This document shows positions 39,323 through 49,010 of a stretch of DNA of 64,000 nucleotides, in pieces. The DNA is from Minisyncoccota bacterium (GTDB taxonomy: Bacteria > Patescibacteriota > Minisyncoccia > Phycocordibacterales > UBA9973), in NCBI GenBank assembly GCA_041657885.1, contig JBBABB010000001.1:129094-193093 (forward strand), in the 5' to 3' direction. Within the stretch, counting starts at the first letter, position 1, and each line of letters starts with the position of its first letter. Below the pieces are notes generated by a model. That model was not told where the DNA came from. It saw only the letters and a program-made list of their open reading frames with translations, and searched no databases. Both the position numbers and the translations under genes were made by a program.

Positions 39323-40354
39323 ATGGCTAATACAATCACATTTAAACCAAAACAAGTTACTAAAAGAATGCTTTCAGGTCTATCACCACGCGCTCATGAG
39401 GTGATTATTAATCGTTTCGGTATTACCGATAATGCAGAACGTAAAACACTAGAAGCAATAGGTCAGAAATATGGCATTACTCGTGAGCGTGTTCGTCAGA
39501 TAGAAAATACAGCTCTGGTTTTTATTCGTAAATCAGAATTTTTCAAGAACGAGAAAGAAGTTTTTGAAGAATTAAAGAAATTAGTGCATACCTTAGGAGC
39601 TATTATTTCGGAACAAGATTTACTCAATCATTTATCTAAAGATAAATTAACTCAGAATCATATAAATTTATTTCTAACTCTAGGGAATGATTTTACTAAA
39701 CACAAAGAAGATGAGAATTTTAAAACTCGTTGGAGTGTTGATGCTGACATAGCAGAACAGATTCACAAGTCATTGAAAAATATTTATGAAGGTCTTTCGG
39801 ATGATGAGTTAATTTCTGAAGGAGAACTTATCGCTCGATTTCTTGAAGAAGTCAAAGATTTATCTGAACAATATAAAAATGAAGAAATCGCTCGCCGCTG
39901 GCTTTCAATGTCCAAGAAGATTAGTAAGAATCCATTAGGAGAATGGGGAAAGTCCACATCTTCTAGTATCAAGACCCGTGGAGTAAAAGATTATGCATTT
40001 TTGATGATGCGTAAACATGGTAGCCCAATGCACTTCAGAGAAGTAGCAAAAGCCGTAGCTAGTACTTTTAATAAGAAATGTCACGTAGCGACTTGTCATA
40101 ATGAACTTATAAAAGACCCTAGGTTTGTCCTTGTAGGAAGAGGAATTTATGCTTTATCGGAATGGGGGTATAAGACAGGAGTAGTTCGCGACGTTATCAA
40201 AGAACTCATAAAGAAAAATGGTCCTATGTTAAAAAATGATATTATTGACCAGGTTATGAAAGAAAGATATTTAAAGAAAAATACCATTTTGGTTAATCTA
40301 CAGAATTCAAAATATTTCAAGAAAAATAAGACTGGACAATACACAATAGTTTAA
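39323..40354 (+). CDS. Sigma70 region-4-like HTH protein with C-terminal winged-HTH (RNAP delta/HARE-HTH-like)
   Basis: TLEAIGQKYGITRERVRQIE; PMHFREVA..HNELIKDPRFVLVGRGIYAL. Confidence 0.8.
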   Translation: MANTITFKPKQVTKRMLSGLSPRAHEVIINRFGITDNAERKTLEAIGQKYGITRERVRQIENTALVFIRKSEFFKNEKEVFEELKKLVHTLGAIISEQDLLNHLSKDKLTQNHINLFLTLGNDFTKHKEDENFKTRWSVDADIAEQIHKSLKNIYEGLSDDELISEGELIARFLEEVKDLSEQYKNEEIARRWLSMSKKISKNPLGEWGKSTSSSIKTRGVKDYAFLMMRKHGSPMHFREVAKAVASTFNKKCHVATCHNELIKDPRFVLVGRGIYALSEWGYKTGVVRDVIKELIKKNGPMLKNDIIDQVMKERYLKKNTILVNLQNSKYFKKNKTGQYTIV

Positions 40355-40360
40355 AAGAAG

Positions 40361-40398
40361 GAAAACCTCTCCGATTATGGTCGGAGAGGTTTTCTTTT
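40361..40398 (+). terminator. Intrinsic terminator
   Basis: GAAAACCTCTCCGA-TTATGG-TCGGAGAGGTTTTC-TTTT. Confidence 0.8.
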
Positions 40399-40421
40399 GT
40401 AGATATGGTATAATATGTCAT

Positions 40422-40511
40422 ATGCAGAGAGGTGTAATTGCAAATATTATTATAGTAATAATTGGTATTATTTTTATAGCCATATTAATCGGATTTTTTA
40501 ATAAACCATAA
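40422..40511 (+). CDS. 29-aa single-TM peptide (MQRGVIANIIIVIIGIIFIAILIGFFNKP)
   Basis: TGGTATAAT 7 nt upstream of ATG; stop 6 nt before next gene. Confidence 0.6.
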   Translation: MQRGVIANIIIVIIGIIFIAILIGFFNKP

Positions 40512-40517
40512 TATTAT

Positions 40518-41816
40518 ATGATAGATAATTTTTTTGCTACACATAATTTTAATTTAATACAAATAATAATAGCTGGCATTGGTTATTTAATGCCACTTCC
40601 TTTGGCATTTATTGCATTCAAATTATGGCATCACTACAAGCAAGAGCGTTTTATAATGAATATAAAATGGGTTTTACTTGAAATACAAGTACCACGCGAT
40701 GTCATAAAAACCCCCGCAACCATGGAACTTATTTTTTCTAATGCTTTTTATCACAAAAGTATAAAGGGGTTTTGGGAAGAATATATGATAGGTGCTCCAT
40801 GGTTATGGTTCTCACTTGAAATTGTTTCTATAGACGGAAGAGTCCATTTTTTTGTTCGAACTCCAACTCGTATACGTGACTTAGTAGAAACACAAATATA
40901 TGCACAATATCCACAAGCCAAAGTGGTGGAGACAGAAGATTATGTTTGGAACATACCTCAATATACAAAAAATGGTGGTTGGAATATGTGGGGTTGTGAA
41001 TTTACCAAGAAGAAAGATGATATTATGCCAATAAGAACATATAAACAGATAGAAGAGATGAAAAGTGGAACCAAAGAAGAATTTAAAGTTGACCCTATTA
41101 CTCCGACAATAGAATATCTCGGCTCACTTCCAAAGGGGCAACAAGTTTGGATTCAGATAGTTATAAGGCAAAATATTAAAAAGTACCATAGTAAGATTAC
41201 AGGTAAACATATTAGTTTTGAAGAGCATGCTGAAGAGTATATGAAAAAGCTTCTTGAACCATATACAAAAATTGGTAAAGGGGGTGGAGTTGGAGGAATA
41301 GATTCTATGGAAATACGTCCACCAGGTTTTCTTGACCTTTCTATCAAACAAATGACTTCAAATTTAGGTCAAATTCATTTTGATTGTGGAATACGTCTAG
41401 TAACATTAGCAGATAAAAAATTATTTTCTGATGAACAATTTAATAGTTTGAGACGTTCCTCTCGTCTTGTCTTTCGTCAATTTGCTCAGCCGTACTCCAA
41501 TGAATTAGACCGTATCAGCTCCACCCAGTTTGATGCTCCTTGGTCTGACCCGACAGGACTTGCATTAACTAAACTCAAAAAACGCATGCTTGATTTTTAT
41601 CGTTTGAGAACATTTTTCCATCCGCCTATTCAATATGCTTTTAAATACCCAGCTGTATTTAGTGTGTTTTTTCCTTCAGGTAAACCTCAGATTTTTGTGC
41701 TTTCCAATGAGGAGTTAGCCTCTCTTTATCATTTCCCAGGTATGGTTTCAGAGACTCCAAGCTTCAAGAGAATAGAGTCAAAGATTGCAAAACCACCTTC
41801 AAACTTGCCTGTATAA
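40518..41816 (+). CDS. Hypothetical membrane-anchored protein
   Basis: N-terminal TM, LEIQVP, FSLEIVS, IYAQYP, PIRTY, EELASLYHFP motifs of a type common in CPR (recalled, not searched). Confidence 0.8.
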   Translation: MIDNFFATHNFNLIQIIIAGIGYLMPLPLAFIAFKLWHHYKQERFIMNIKWVLLEIQVPRDVIKTPATMELIFSNAFYHKSIKGFWEEYMIGAPWLWFSLEIVSIDGRVHFFVRTPTRIRDLVETQIYAQYPQAKVVETEDYVWNIPQYTKNGGWNMWGCEFTKKKDDIMPIRTYKQIEEMKSGTKEEFKVDPITPTIEYLGSLPKGQQVWIQIVIRQNIKKYHSKITGKHISFEEHAEEYMKKLLEPYTKIGKGGGVGGIDSMEIRPPGFLDLSIKQMTSNLGQIHFDCGIRLVTLADKKLFSDEQFNSLRRSSRLVFRQFAQPYSNELDRISSTQFDAPWSDPTGLALTKLKKRMLDFYRLRTFFHPPIQYAFKYPAVFSVFFPSGKPQIFVLSNEELASLYHFPGMVSETPSFKRIESKIAKPPSNLPV

Positions 41817-41817
41817 T

Positions 41818-42684
41818 ATGCGTATATCAAATATATTCTTAATTTTTTGTTTTATTACCTTATTTTCATTTTTCTTTTTATCTACTCCTTCGGGAAATAA
41901 GGATATAATTTTTCATGTAGCATCTCGGCAATCAATAAATTCTATTACTCAAGAATTAGAAAATAAAAATGTTATTCGAAATGATTTTACTCTAAAAGTT
42001 TTTATTCAATTATTGAAGTCAGGAAAGGGTGTCATCGCGGGCGATTATTTGATTAAGAAAAATTCTCCAGTGTGGATTGTTGCTTGGCAGATAGGTAGAG
42101 GACATCATAAAATGAAACCGATTAGGATAACTATTAGAGAAGGTCTGACAAATGAAGAAATCGCTGTTTTACTTGCAGGCAAATTAACTGGTTTTCGACA
42201 AGATTTATTTTTATCTGGTGTAGAAAACAAACAGGGATATCTATTTCCAGATACATATTTCTTTTTTCCATTAGATACAGCTGACGAAATCATAGAACAA
42301 TTATCAAATAATTTTAAAAAAAGAATTGAAAATCTTTCTCCCTCTATAAATTCAAGTGGTAAAAATTTATCTGAGATTATAACTATGGCTTCAATACTTG
42401 AAGGTGAAGCCGGTGGAGAAGAAGATATTGCAATTATTTCTAGTATTTTATGGAAAAGAATTTCTATGGGAATGTCATTGCAAGTAGATACAGATAAATC
42501 TACTTATACCACAAATGGATTGCCCACTAAACCGCTGAATAATCCCGGATTATTATCTATAAATGCAGCGATAAATCCTATAAATTCTTCTTACTTGTAT
42601 TATCTTCATGATAAAAATGGTAAAGTACATTATGCTGTGACTTTTGAAGAACATAAGCGTAATATAGCTAATTATCTTAAATAA
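41818..42684 (+). CDS. mltG: Endolytic transglycosylase MltG
   Basis: ITIREG, GYLFPDTY, MASILEGE, LQVD, NNPG, YLYYLHD. Confidence 0.92.
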   Translation: MRISNIFLIFCFITLFSFFFLSTPSGNKDIIFHVASRQSINSITQELENKNVIRNDFTLKVFIQLLKSGKGVIAGDYLIKKNSPVWIVAWQIGRGHHKMKPIRITIREGLTNEEIAVLLAGKLTGFRQDLFLSGVENKQGYLFPDTYFFFPLDTADEIIEQLSNNFKKRIENLSPSINSSGKNLSEIITMASILEGEAGGEEDIAIISSILWKRISMGMSLQVDTDKSTYTTNGLPTKPLNNPGLLSINAAINPINSSYLYYLHDKNGKVHYAVTFEEHKRNIANYLK

Positions 42685-42722
42685 TCCGCCTTCGCATAAA
42701 ACTACGGCAAGACAAGTCCGCC
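42685..42722 (+). repeat. CCGCC...CGGC element, intergenic copy
   Basis: TCCGCCTTCGCATAAAACTACGGCAAGACAAG followed by TCCGCC. Confidence 0.75.
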
Positions 42723-42742
42723 AAAATTTTTACGAAAAAGAT

Positions 42743-44083
42743 ATGGTGATTAAAAATAATAAAACAGTATTTATTGGGGTTTCCCCGAATAGAAGAGTAC
42801 TTCCTACGGGGCAGGCAGGCGGAGTTAAGCCTACTGTTTTTGTTGGTGTTTCAGGAGGTGTTGACAGTTCGGTTTCCGCGGCCCTTTTAAAAGAGGCTAC
42901 ACCAAAAAATTTTAAAAAATTTTTTGGTCGCCCGACCCCGAAGGGGTTTAGAGGATACAATGTAGTTGGGGTTTTTATTCGTACTTGGACACCGGATTTT
43001 ATAGAATGTACTTGGAAAAATGAGCGTCGTGATGCTATGCGAGTATGTGCGCATCTTAATATTCCTTTTTTAGAATGTGATGCTGAAAAAGAATATAAAA
43101 AAAGTGTGGTAGATTATATGATTGAAGAATATAAAAAAGGTAATACTCCAAACCCCGATGTAATGTGTAATCGAGAAGTTAAATTTGGAGTGTTTTGGAA
43201 ATTTGCACAATCTCACGGGGCAGATTTTATTGCCACGGGGCACTATGCACGCAAATCTCCCCTCCTTGTGGAGGAGGGGGTAGGGGGTGGTGATCCAAAA
43301 GAATTACCACCTCGCCCTGCGGGCACTCCTCCTCGAAAAGGAGGAGAGGAAATGCATAAATTACTAAAAGGTATTGACTCATCCAAAGACCAAGTTTATT
43401 TTTTGTGGACTTTAACGCAGGAAGATTTGTCTCATATTTTATTTCCCATTGGACATTTAAAAAAGACAGAAGTTCGTAAACTTGCAAAGAAATATAATCT
43501 TCCAACTGCGACGAAAAAAGACAGTCAGGGTATTTGTTTTCTGGGGCTACTTGATATGAAGGATTTCTTGAGACACTATATTAAATCAGAAAAAGGGAAT
43601 GTTTTGCTTGCCCGTCACGATAGTGAATTAGGGAATGAAAAGGGACCTGCCCGCCCTCACGAAAGTTCGGGAGCAGGCGGGGAAATAATTGGAAATCATA
43701 ATGGCGCGGTATTTTTCACTCTTGGAGAAAGACATGGATTTACTCTTAATAAACATTCCGAAAATGATGAACCTTTATATGTAATATCAAAAGATATAAA
43801 AAATAACACCATTACTGTTTCCCCTAGGCCTTGCCTAGGGGAAGAAGACGAACCACATAGGACCGTCCTATGTAATAATGCAAACTGGATTTCAGGTATA
43901 CCAGAAAAAGATAAGGTGTATATAGCTCAAATTCGTTATCATGGAGAGTTTTTAGATTGTAAAGTGGTCGTCACAGGTCAGACCTGTGAAATAACTTTTG
44001 ATAAAAATGTAATTGTTGATAAAGGACAATCAATAGTTATTTATGATGGGGATATTTGCCTAGGGGGTGGTGTGGTAATTTAA
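42743..44083 (+). CDS. mnmA: tRNA 2-thiouridylase MnmA with multiple in-frame palindromic inserts
   Basis: SGGVDSSV, TPNPDVMCN, ATGHYA, KDQVYFL, DSQGICF, GQSIVIY. Confidence 0.96.
   Translation: MVIKNNKTVFIGVSPNRRVLPTGQAGGVKPTVFVGVSGGVDSSVSAALLKEATPKNFKKFFGRPTPKGFRGYNVVGVFIRTWTPDFIECTWKNERRDAMRVCAHLNIPFLECDAEKEYKKSVVDYMIEEYKKGNTPNPDVMCNREVKFGVFWKFAQSHGADFIATGHYARKSPLLVEEGVGGGDPKELPPRPAGTPPRKGGEEMHKLLKGIDSSKDQVYFLWTLTQEDLSHILFPIGHLKKTEVRKLAKKYNLPTATKKDSQGICFLGLLDMKDFLRHYIKSEKGNVLLARHDSELGNEKGPARPHESSGAGGEIIGNHNGAVFFTLGERHGFTLNKHSENDEPLYVISKDIKNNTITVSPRPCLGEEDEPHRTVLCNNANWISGIPEKDKVYIAQIRYHGEFLDCKVVVTGQTCEITFDKNVIVDKGQSIVIYDGDICLGGGVVI
43256..43348 (+). repeat. CCCCTC multi-hairpin element, in-frame in mnmA
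   Basis: CCCCTCCTT/GAGGAGGGG, GGGGTGGT/ACCACCTC, GCCC-TGC-GGGC, CTCCTCCT/AGGAGGAG; same layout as 55104-55188. Confidence 0.8.
43646..43681 (+). repeat. 36-nt in-frame element ([12 protein letters not shown]) in mnmA
   Basis: Identical to 38539-38574. Confidence 0.95.
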
Positions 44084-44104
44084 ATTTTTTGGTATAATAT
44101 ACAT

Positions 44105-44587
44105 ATGGAAAATTTTTTAAGCATAACAACAATAGATATTATAATTCGTCTTTTTGTCGCTTTGTTTTTGGGTATGATTATTGGGACTGAACGTGTCTGG
44201 GCACATAAGACAGCAGGAATGCGGACATATGCACTTGTCGCTATGGGCTCAGCTTTGTTTGTAATTATTTCAAACGAAATGGTCAAGTATTATACAGGAT
44301 TTAGTGGACTAAACCCCCTAATGATTGTTTCTCAAATAGTCGTTGGTGTGGGTTTTATTGGAGCCGGTCTTATTTTTTCCAAAGATTCAAAATTAATGGG
44401 TCTCACAACGGCTACTGGTTTGTGGGTTTCGGCAGGGATTGGTATGGCTGCTGGTTTTAGACTTTTTAATATTGCAATAATTGCAACAGTTCTTACTTTA
44501 TTTATCTTTATAATTTTGTGGTTTGTGGAAGAACAACTTAAAAAATCAAAATTTTTTAAAGAGAATAATGTACAGGATGTAAATTAA
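44105..44587 (+). CDS. MgtC/SapB family membrane protein
   Basis: IGTER, AGMRTYALVAMGSALF, GVGFIGAG, GLTTATGLW. Confidence 0.92.
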   Translation: MENFLSITTIDIIIRLFVALFLGMIIGTERVWAHKTAGMRTYALVAMGSALFVIISNEMVKYYTGFSGLNPLMIVSQIVVGVGFIGAGLIFSKDSKLMGLTTATGLWVSAGIGMAAGFRLFNIAIIATVLTLFIFIILWFVEEQLKKSKFFKENNVQDVN

Positions 44588-44593
44588 ATCTAG

Positions 44594-46414
44594 ATGAAAA
44601 TGCAATCAAGTGAGATTCGTAACAAGTTTTTAAAATTTTTTGAGAAAAGGGGACATGCCTTTGTTCCTTCGGCGTCGCTTGTAACCACCACTGAAGCAGG
44701 TGCTATGGATGCAACTCTCTTTAATACAGCTGGTATGCAACCATTTGTGCCTTATCTTTTGGGTGAACCTCATCCTATGGGTGTGCGTTTAGTCAATGTG
44801 CAAAAATGTTTAAGAACTATTGACTTAAGTGAAGTTGGTGATACTACTCACAATACATTTTTTGAAATGATGGGCAATTGGTCACTCGGAGATTATTTTA
44901 AGAAAGATGCGATAACATGGAGTTACGAATTCTTGACTTCAAAAGTTGAAGGTTTAGGTCTCGATGTAGGTCGCTTATATGTGACTGTTTTTGCTGGTAG
45001 TGAAAAAGTTGAGCGCGATAATGAATCAGTAGAAATTTGGAAGTCGCTTGGTATTCCCGAACATCGCATTTATTATAAAAGTTCAAAATCAAATTGGTGG
45101 AGCGCAGGGCTCAATTCTCCAGCTGGTCCTAGCACTGAAATGTTTTATGATATTACGGGGAAACTCGGAGACTTGACCCAAGAAGAATTTGAGAAAAATG
45201 AAGAAGAACAAAAAGTTATAGAAATATGGAATGATGTATTTATGTCATACCGACTTGTAAATGGTAAAATTGTGGGAGAGCTTCCACAGAAAAATATTGA
45301 TACTGGCGCTGGGCTTGAACGTATTACCACGATGGTGCAAGGCAAAAGAAGTGTTTATGAGACAGATTTATTTTTACCTATCATTAAAAAGATTGAAGAA
45401 TTATCGGGATTATCATACGGAGATAAATCTGATGATGAGTATATAAAAAGTGGAGAAAAATGTTTTGTTGATACAAGAAAGAAAATCAGAATTGTGGCTG
45501 ACCATGTCCGTACGGCAGTTTTCATAATCGCTGATGGTGTGTTGCCGTCAAATACTGGACGAGGTTATATTCTTCGCCGGATTATTCGCCGAGCAGTACG
45601 ATATTCTGATTTGATTTCACTTAAACATGGTTCACTTCTTGCACTTTCTGAAATAATAATTGAAGAATATAAAGATGCATACCCAGAGCTTTTAAAAAAT
45701 ATAGATACCATTAAAAAAGAAATTGAAAAAGAAGAAAATAAATTCCGCCTCACTCTCGAGCTTGGAATTCGTGAGTTTGGAAAAGGTGCCGACCCATTTA
45801 TTTTATTTACAACTTATGGTTTTCCCATTGAGCTTACCGAAGAACTAGCCAAAGAAAAAGGAATTAAAATTGATCTAGACGATTTTAAAAAGAAAATGGA
45901 AGAGCATCAAAAACTTTCTCAGACTTCATCTGCGGGGATATTTAAAGGAGGGCTCGCAAATCACAACGAAAAGACAATAAAACTTCATACCGCTCATCAC
46001 TTACTCCTAGCAGGATTACAGGCCATAGTTAGTCCAGATATAAGACAACGTGGCAGTAATATTACCGAAGAACGTCTACGGATGGATTTTGTGTGTGACC
46101 ATAAACTCACAGATGAAGAAAAACAAAAAGTTGAAAATTGGGTAAATGATAAAATACAGAAAAATTTAAACGTTATATGTCGAGAAATGCCACTAGCCGA
46201 AGCAGAAAAAATCGGAGCTCAGATGGAATTCGGAGCAAAGTATCCAGAAACTGTATCAATATATTTTATAGAAGATAAAGATGGCAACCCAATATCAAAA
46301 GAATTCTGTGGCGGGCCTCATGTATCAAATACTTCTGAATTAGGTCATTTCAAAATCCAAAAAGAAGAAGCTGTAGCTTCGGGTATCCGTCGCATTAAAG
46401 CCATACTTGTCTAA
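44594..46414 (+). CDS. alaS: Alanyl-tRNA synthetase (short form, no C-Ala domain)
   Basis: AGMQPF, HNTFFEMMGNWS, IDTGAGLER, HTAHHLL, EFCGGPHV, GIRRIKA at C-terminus. Confidence 0.96.
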   Translation: MKMQSSEIRNKFLKFFEKRGHAFVPSASLVTTTEAGAMDATLFNTAGMQPFVPYLLGEPHPMGVRLVNVQKCLRTIDLSEVGDTTHNTFFEMMGNWSLGDYFKKDAITWSYEFLTSKVEGLGLDVGRLYVTVFAGSEKVERDNESVEIWKSLGIPEHRIYYKSSKSNWWSAGLNSPAGPSTEMFYDITGKLGDLTQEEFEKNEEEQKVIEIWNDVFMSYRLVNGKIVGELPQKNIDTGAGLERITTMVQGKRSVYETDLFLPIIKKIEELSGLSYGDKSDDEYIKSGEKCFVDTRKKIRIVADHVRTAVFIIADGVLPSNTGRGYILRRIIRRAVRYSDLISLKHGSLLALSEIIIEEYKDAYPELLKNIDTIKKEIEKEENKFRLTLELGIREFGKGADPFILFTTYGFPIELTEELAKEKGIKIDLDDFKKKMEEHQKLSQTSSAGIFKGGLANHNEKTIKLHTAHHLLLAGLQAIVSPDIRQRGSNITEERLRMDFVCDHKLTDEEKQKVENWVNDKIQKNLNVICREMPLAEAEKIGAQMEFGAKYPETVSIYFIEDKDGNPISKEFCGGPHVSNTSELGHFKIQKEEAVASGIRRIKAILV

Positions 46415-46510
46415 TTTTCCACAAATTATTGAGCTTTTTTATTAATCCTGTAGTATAACCCCGTAGCAGAATTTTGTAAAAATTTCACTACAGGGTATAA
46501 TATAAGTACT

Positions 46511-47698
46511 ATGGGATTTTTATTTGGAAAAGAAAAAAAGGAACACATTGTTGCAATTTTTGATATAGGGTCAGGAAGTGTTGGCGGGGCTATTGTACGT
46601 ATACCTACAGATGATAAGGGGGTGCCTGCGATATTAAAATCTGTCCGTAATGACATAAAATTTCATAAAGATAAAGATTTTAATTTTAATTTATTTATGA
46701 AAGATATGATTTTAGCACTTGGTGGAGCAGCTAATGCTTTATATCAAAAAAAAGCTGGCGCGCCAGATGAAATATTTTGTGTACTTGCATCGCCATGGTA
46801 TTTATCTGAAACTAGAATTATAAAAATGAAGAGAAAAAAACCTTTTATTTTTACAAAACATTTGGCAACTGAATTAATTCAAAAAGAAATATCTGGCCTT
46901 ACAGAATCTTATAAGGATAAATATGGTAGCTTAAATACTTCTCCTGAATTGATAGAGCAACACACTATGGCTGTGTCACTCAATGGATATGCAATTGAAG
47001 ACCCACTAGGCAAGAAATGTGATTTTCTTGAAATGAATATGGTGATGTCTTTGGTCCCTAAATTATGTTTAGATGAAATACGCGAAACCCTATCAAAAAC
47101 ATTTCACCACACAAGTGTCAGTTTCTCTTCTTTTACAGTGGCTACTTATTTGGCAGTGAGAGATAGATATGTAATTCCAGATTCATATCTATTGCTTGAT
47201 ATCAGTGGAGAGATAACAGATGTTGGTATTGTTACAAAAGGAGTTTTAAAATCAGTACTATCATTTCCTTTTGGAAAGAAAACTTTTTTCAATTATATGT
47301 GCACTAAACTAGAAATTGAGTTACGCGATGCGCAGGAAATTTTTAAACTTTATAGTGAAGGTAATCTTTCTTCTGAATTTAAGAAAAAAGTAATTCCTCT
47401 TTTTGAATCAATTGAAAATTCTTGGGGTGAAGCTTTCAGACAATGTATAATCACTCTTCCTCGAACACTTATTCTTCCTAGCACCATATTTTTAACTGCA
47501 GATAATGATATAAAAAATTGGTTTGCTGATGTTTTAAAAAACCAAGAATATATTCAATCTATGGTTTCTGGTAACAAGTGCACTGTGGTAACTCTAAATG
47601 GACCTGAGTTTTTAAATATGTGTAATATTGAGGAGGGCGCATGTGATCCATTTTTAATGATAGAAGCCATAGCGATAATGAGAAAAATGGGTAAATAA
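46511..47698 (+). CDS. Actin-fold FtsA/PilM-like protein
   Basis: IFDIGSGSV and LLDISGEITDV phosphate-loop-like motifs, SFPFG. Confidence 0.65.
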   Translation: MGFLFGKEKKEHIVAIFDIGSGSVGGAIVRIPTDDKGVPAILKSVRNDIKFHKDKDFNFNLFMKDMILALGGAANALYQKKAGAPDEIFCVLASPWYLSETRIIKMKRKKPFIFTKHLATELIQKEISGLTESYKDKYGSLNTSPELIEQHTMAVSLNGYAIEDPLGKKCDFLEMNMVMSLVPKLCLDEIRETLSKTFHHTSVSFSSFTVATYLAVRDRYVIPDSYLLLDISGEITDVGIVTKGVLKSVLSFPFGKKTFFNYMCTKLEIELRDAQEIFKLYSEGNLSSEFKKKVIPLFESIENSWGEAFRQCIITLPRTLILPSTIFLTADNDIKNWFADVLKNQEYIQSMVSGNKCTVVTLNGPEFLNMCNIEEGACDPFLMIEAIAIMRKMGK

Positions 47699-47699
47699 T

Positions 47700-48980
47700 A
47701 TGGCAAGAATTATTTTAGAAGATATAAAACTAAAAAAGGAAAAAAAACAAATCATCATTAAAAAAGAGGTTCTATCTTCTAATAGACAAAGATTACAAAG
47801 AACACCCCAAGTAAAAACCAAATCCAGAGTATTAAATAAATATGTCCTTATAATTTTCATTCTAGTAATTATTATTGGGGGAATTTATTGGGCTGGAAAT
47901 TTCTTTCAAAAAGCGGATATAACTTTAACTTCCAAACATCAACTTATTACTTATAATAATAAGCAATTTACCGCTTCAAAAAATTCAAATGATAATGCAA
48001 TTGATTTTGAAATAATGATTACTTCCGATAAGAAAACAAAAAACATTATATTAACAGAGCCAAAAGATGTATCAATAAAGGCCACGGGGAGTATAACCTT
48101 ATATAATGAATTTAGCATTACCCCCCAAAAATTATTAGCAGGAACATTTCTTTCAGATAGTAGTGGTAAGGCATACAAGACAGATACCACAGTTATTATT
48201 CCGGGATATAAAACAGATAGTAGTAAAAAAATAATTCCTGGACAGATAGTTGTCAACATAAGTTCTTTTCTTGCAGGAGAAACTTACAATGGATCTACGG
48301 CAGATTTTTATATAAATTCTTTTAAAGGAACTACAAAATATAATAAAATTTATGGAAAATTAAAAAGCCCACTTGTAGGGGGTGTTTCAGGGTTGGTCTA
48401 TACATTAAATGATAAAGATAAAATCAATATTGATAAAATTGCGCAATCTTCTTTTAAAGGAGATTTATCTCGACAAGTTCTAGCACAAGTTCCACCTGGG
48501 TATATATTGTATCCAAATGCTATGACCTTTTCTTATAAGATAGGAGATAATAGTGTTTTTTCTAAAACTCCGGAAGCAGAAGTTCTGATTGAAGGAGTTT
48601 TGTCTGTTGTTTTATTGAAAGAGAAAAGTCTGCTAGATAATATAATTAAAGTTTCTCTGCCAGAAATTAAAGGAGAAGAATTGAAAGAAATTAAAATTCC
48701 AGATTTAAGTAAACTTTCTTTTAGTTTTACCAACAAAGACCAACTTATCACAAAAGATATGAATTCGCTCTCTTTCTTTTTTACAGGTGAATTAGATGCT
48801 ATATGGAATCCAAACAAAGAATTGCTCAAGACAAAATTAATAGGAATCTCTAAAAATGACGTTTTGCCAATCTTTCGCCTTGACCCCGGAATTTCATCCG
48901 CACTCGTCAAAATATTTCCACCATGGCAGAAATATATTCCAAATGACTTGTCAAAAATTAATATTATAGTTGACGAATAA
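47700..48980 (+). CDS. Membrane-anchored hypothetical protein (baseplate-J-like segment)
   Basis: Single TM, KATGSITLYN..Q.L.AGT, GETYN, GG motifs. Confidence 0.6.
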   Translation: MARIILEDIKLKKEKKQIIIKKEVLSSNRQRLQRTPQVKTKSRVLNKYVLIIFILVIIIGGIYWAGNFFQKADITLTSKHQLITYNNKQFTASKNSNDNAIDFEIMITSDKKTKNIILTEPKDVSIKATGSITLYNEFSITPQKLLAGTFLSDSSGKAYKTDTTVIIPGYKTDSSKKIIPGQIVVNISSFLAGETYNGSTADFYINSFKGTTKYNKIYGKLKSPLVGGVSGLVYTLNDKDKINIDKIAQSSFKGDLSRQVLAQVPPGYILYPNAMTFSYKIGDNSVFSKTPEAEVLIEGVLSVVLLKEKSLLDNIIKVSLPEIKGEELKEIKIPDLSKLSFSFTNKDQLITKDMNSLSFFFTGELDAIWNPNKELLKTKLIGISKNDVLPIFRLDPGISSALVKIFPPWQKYIPNDLSKINIIVDE

Positions 48981-49010
48981 TTCTTTTTTTGTTATACTAA
49001 ACAAGCATTA

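Noticed and set aside
44594-46414. AlaRS truncation as a pseudogene
   Set aside because: Aminoacylation and editing motifs are intact and it ends cleanly after GIRRIKA; loss of C-Ala is known in reduced genomes
47700-48980. Prophage (baseplate-like gene)
   Set aside because: No other phage genes or integrase; flanked by housekeeping genes
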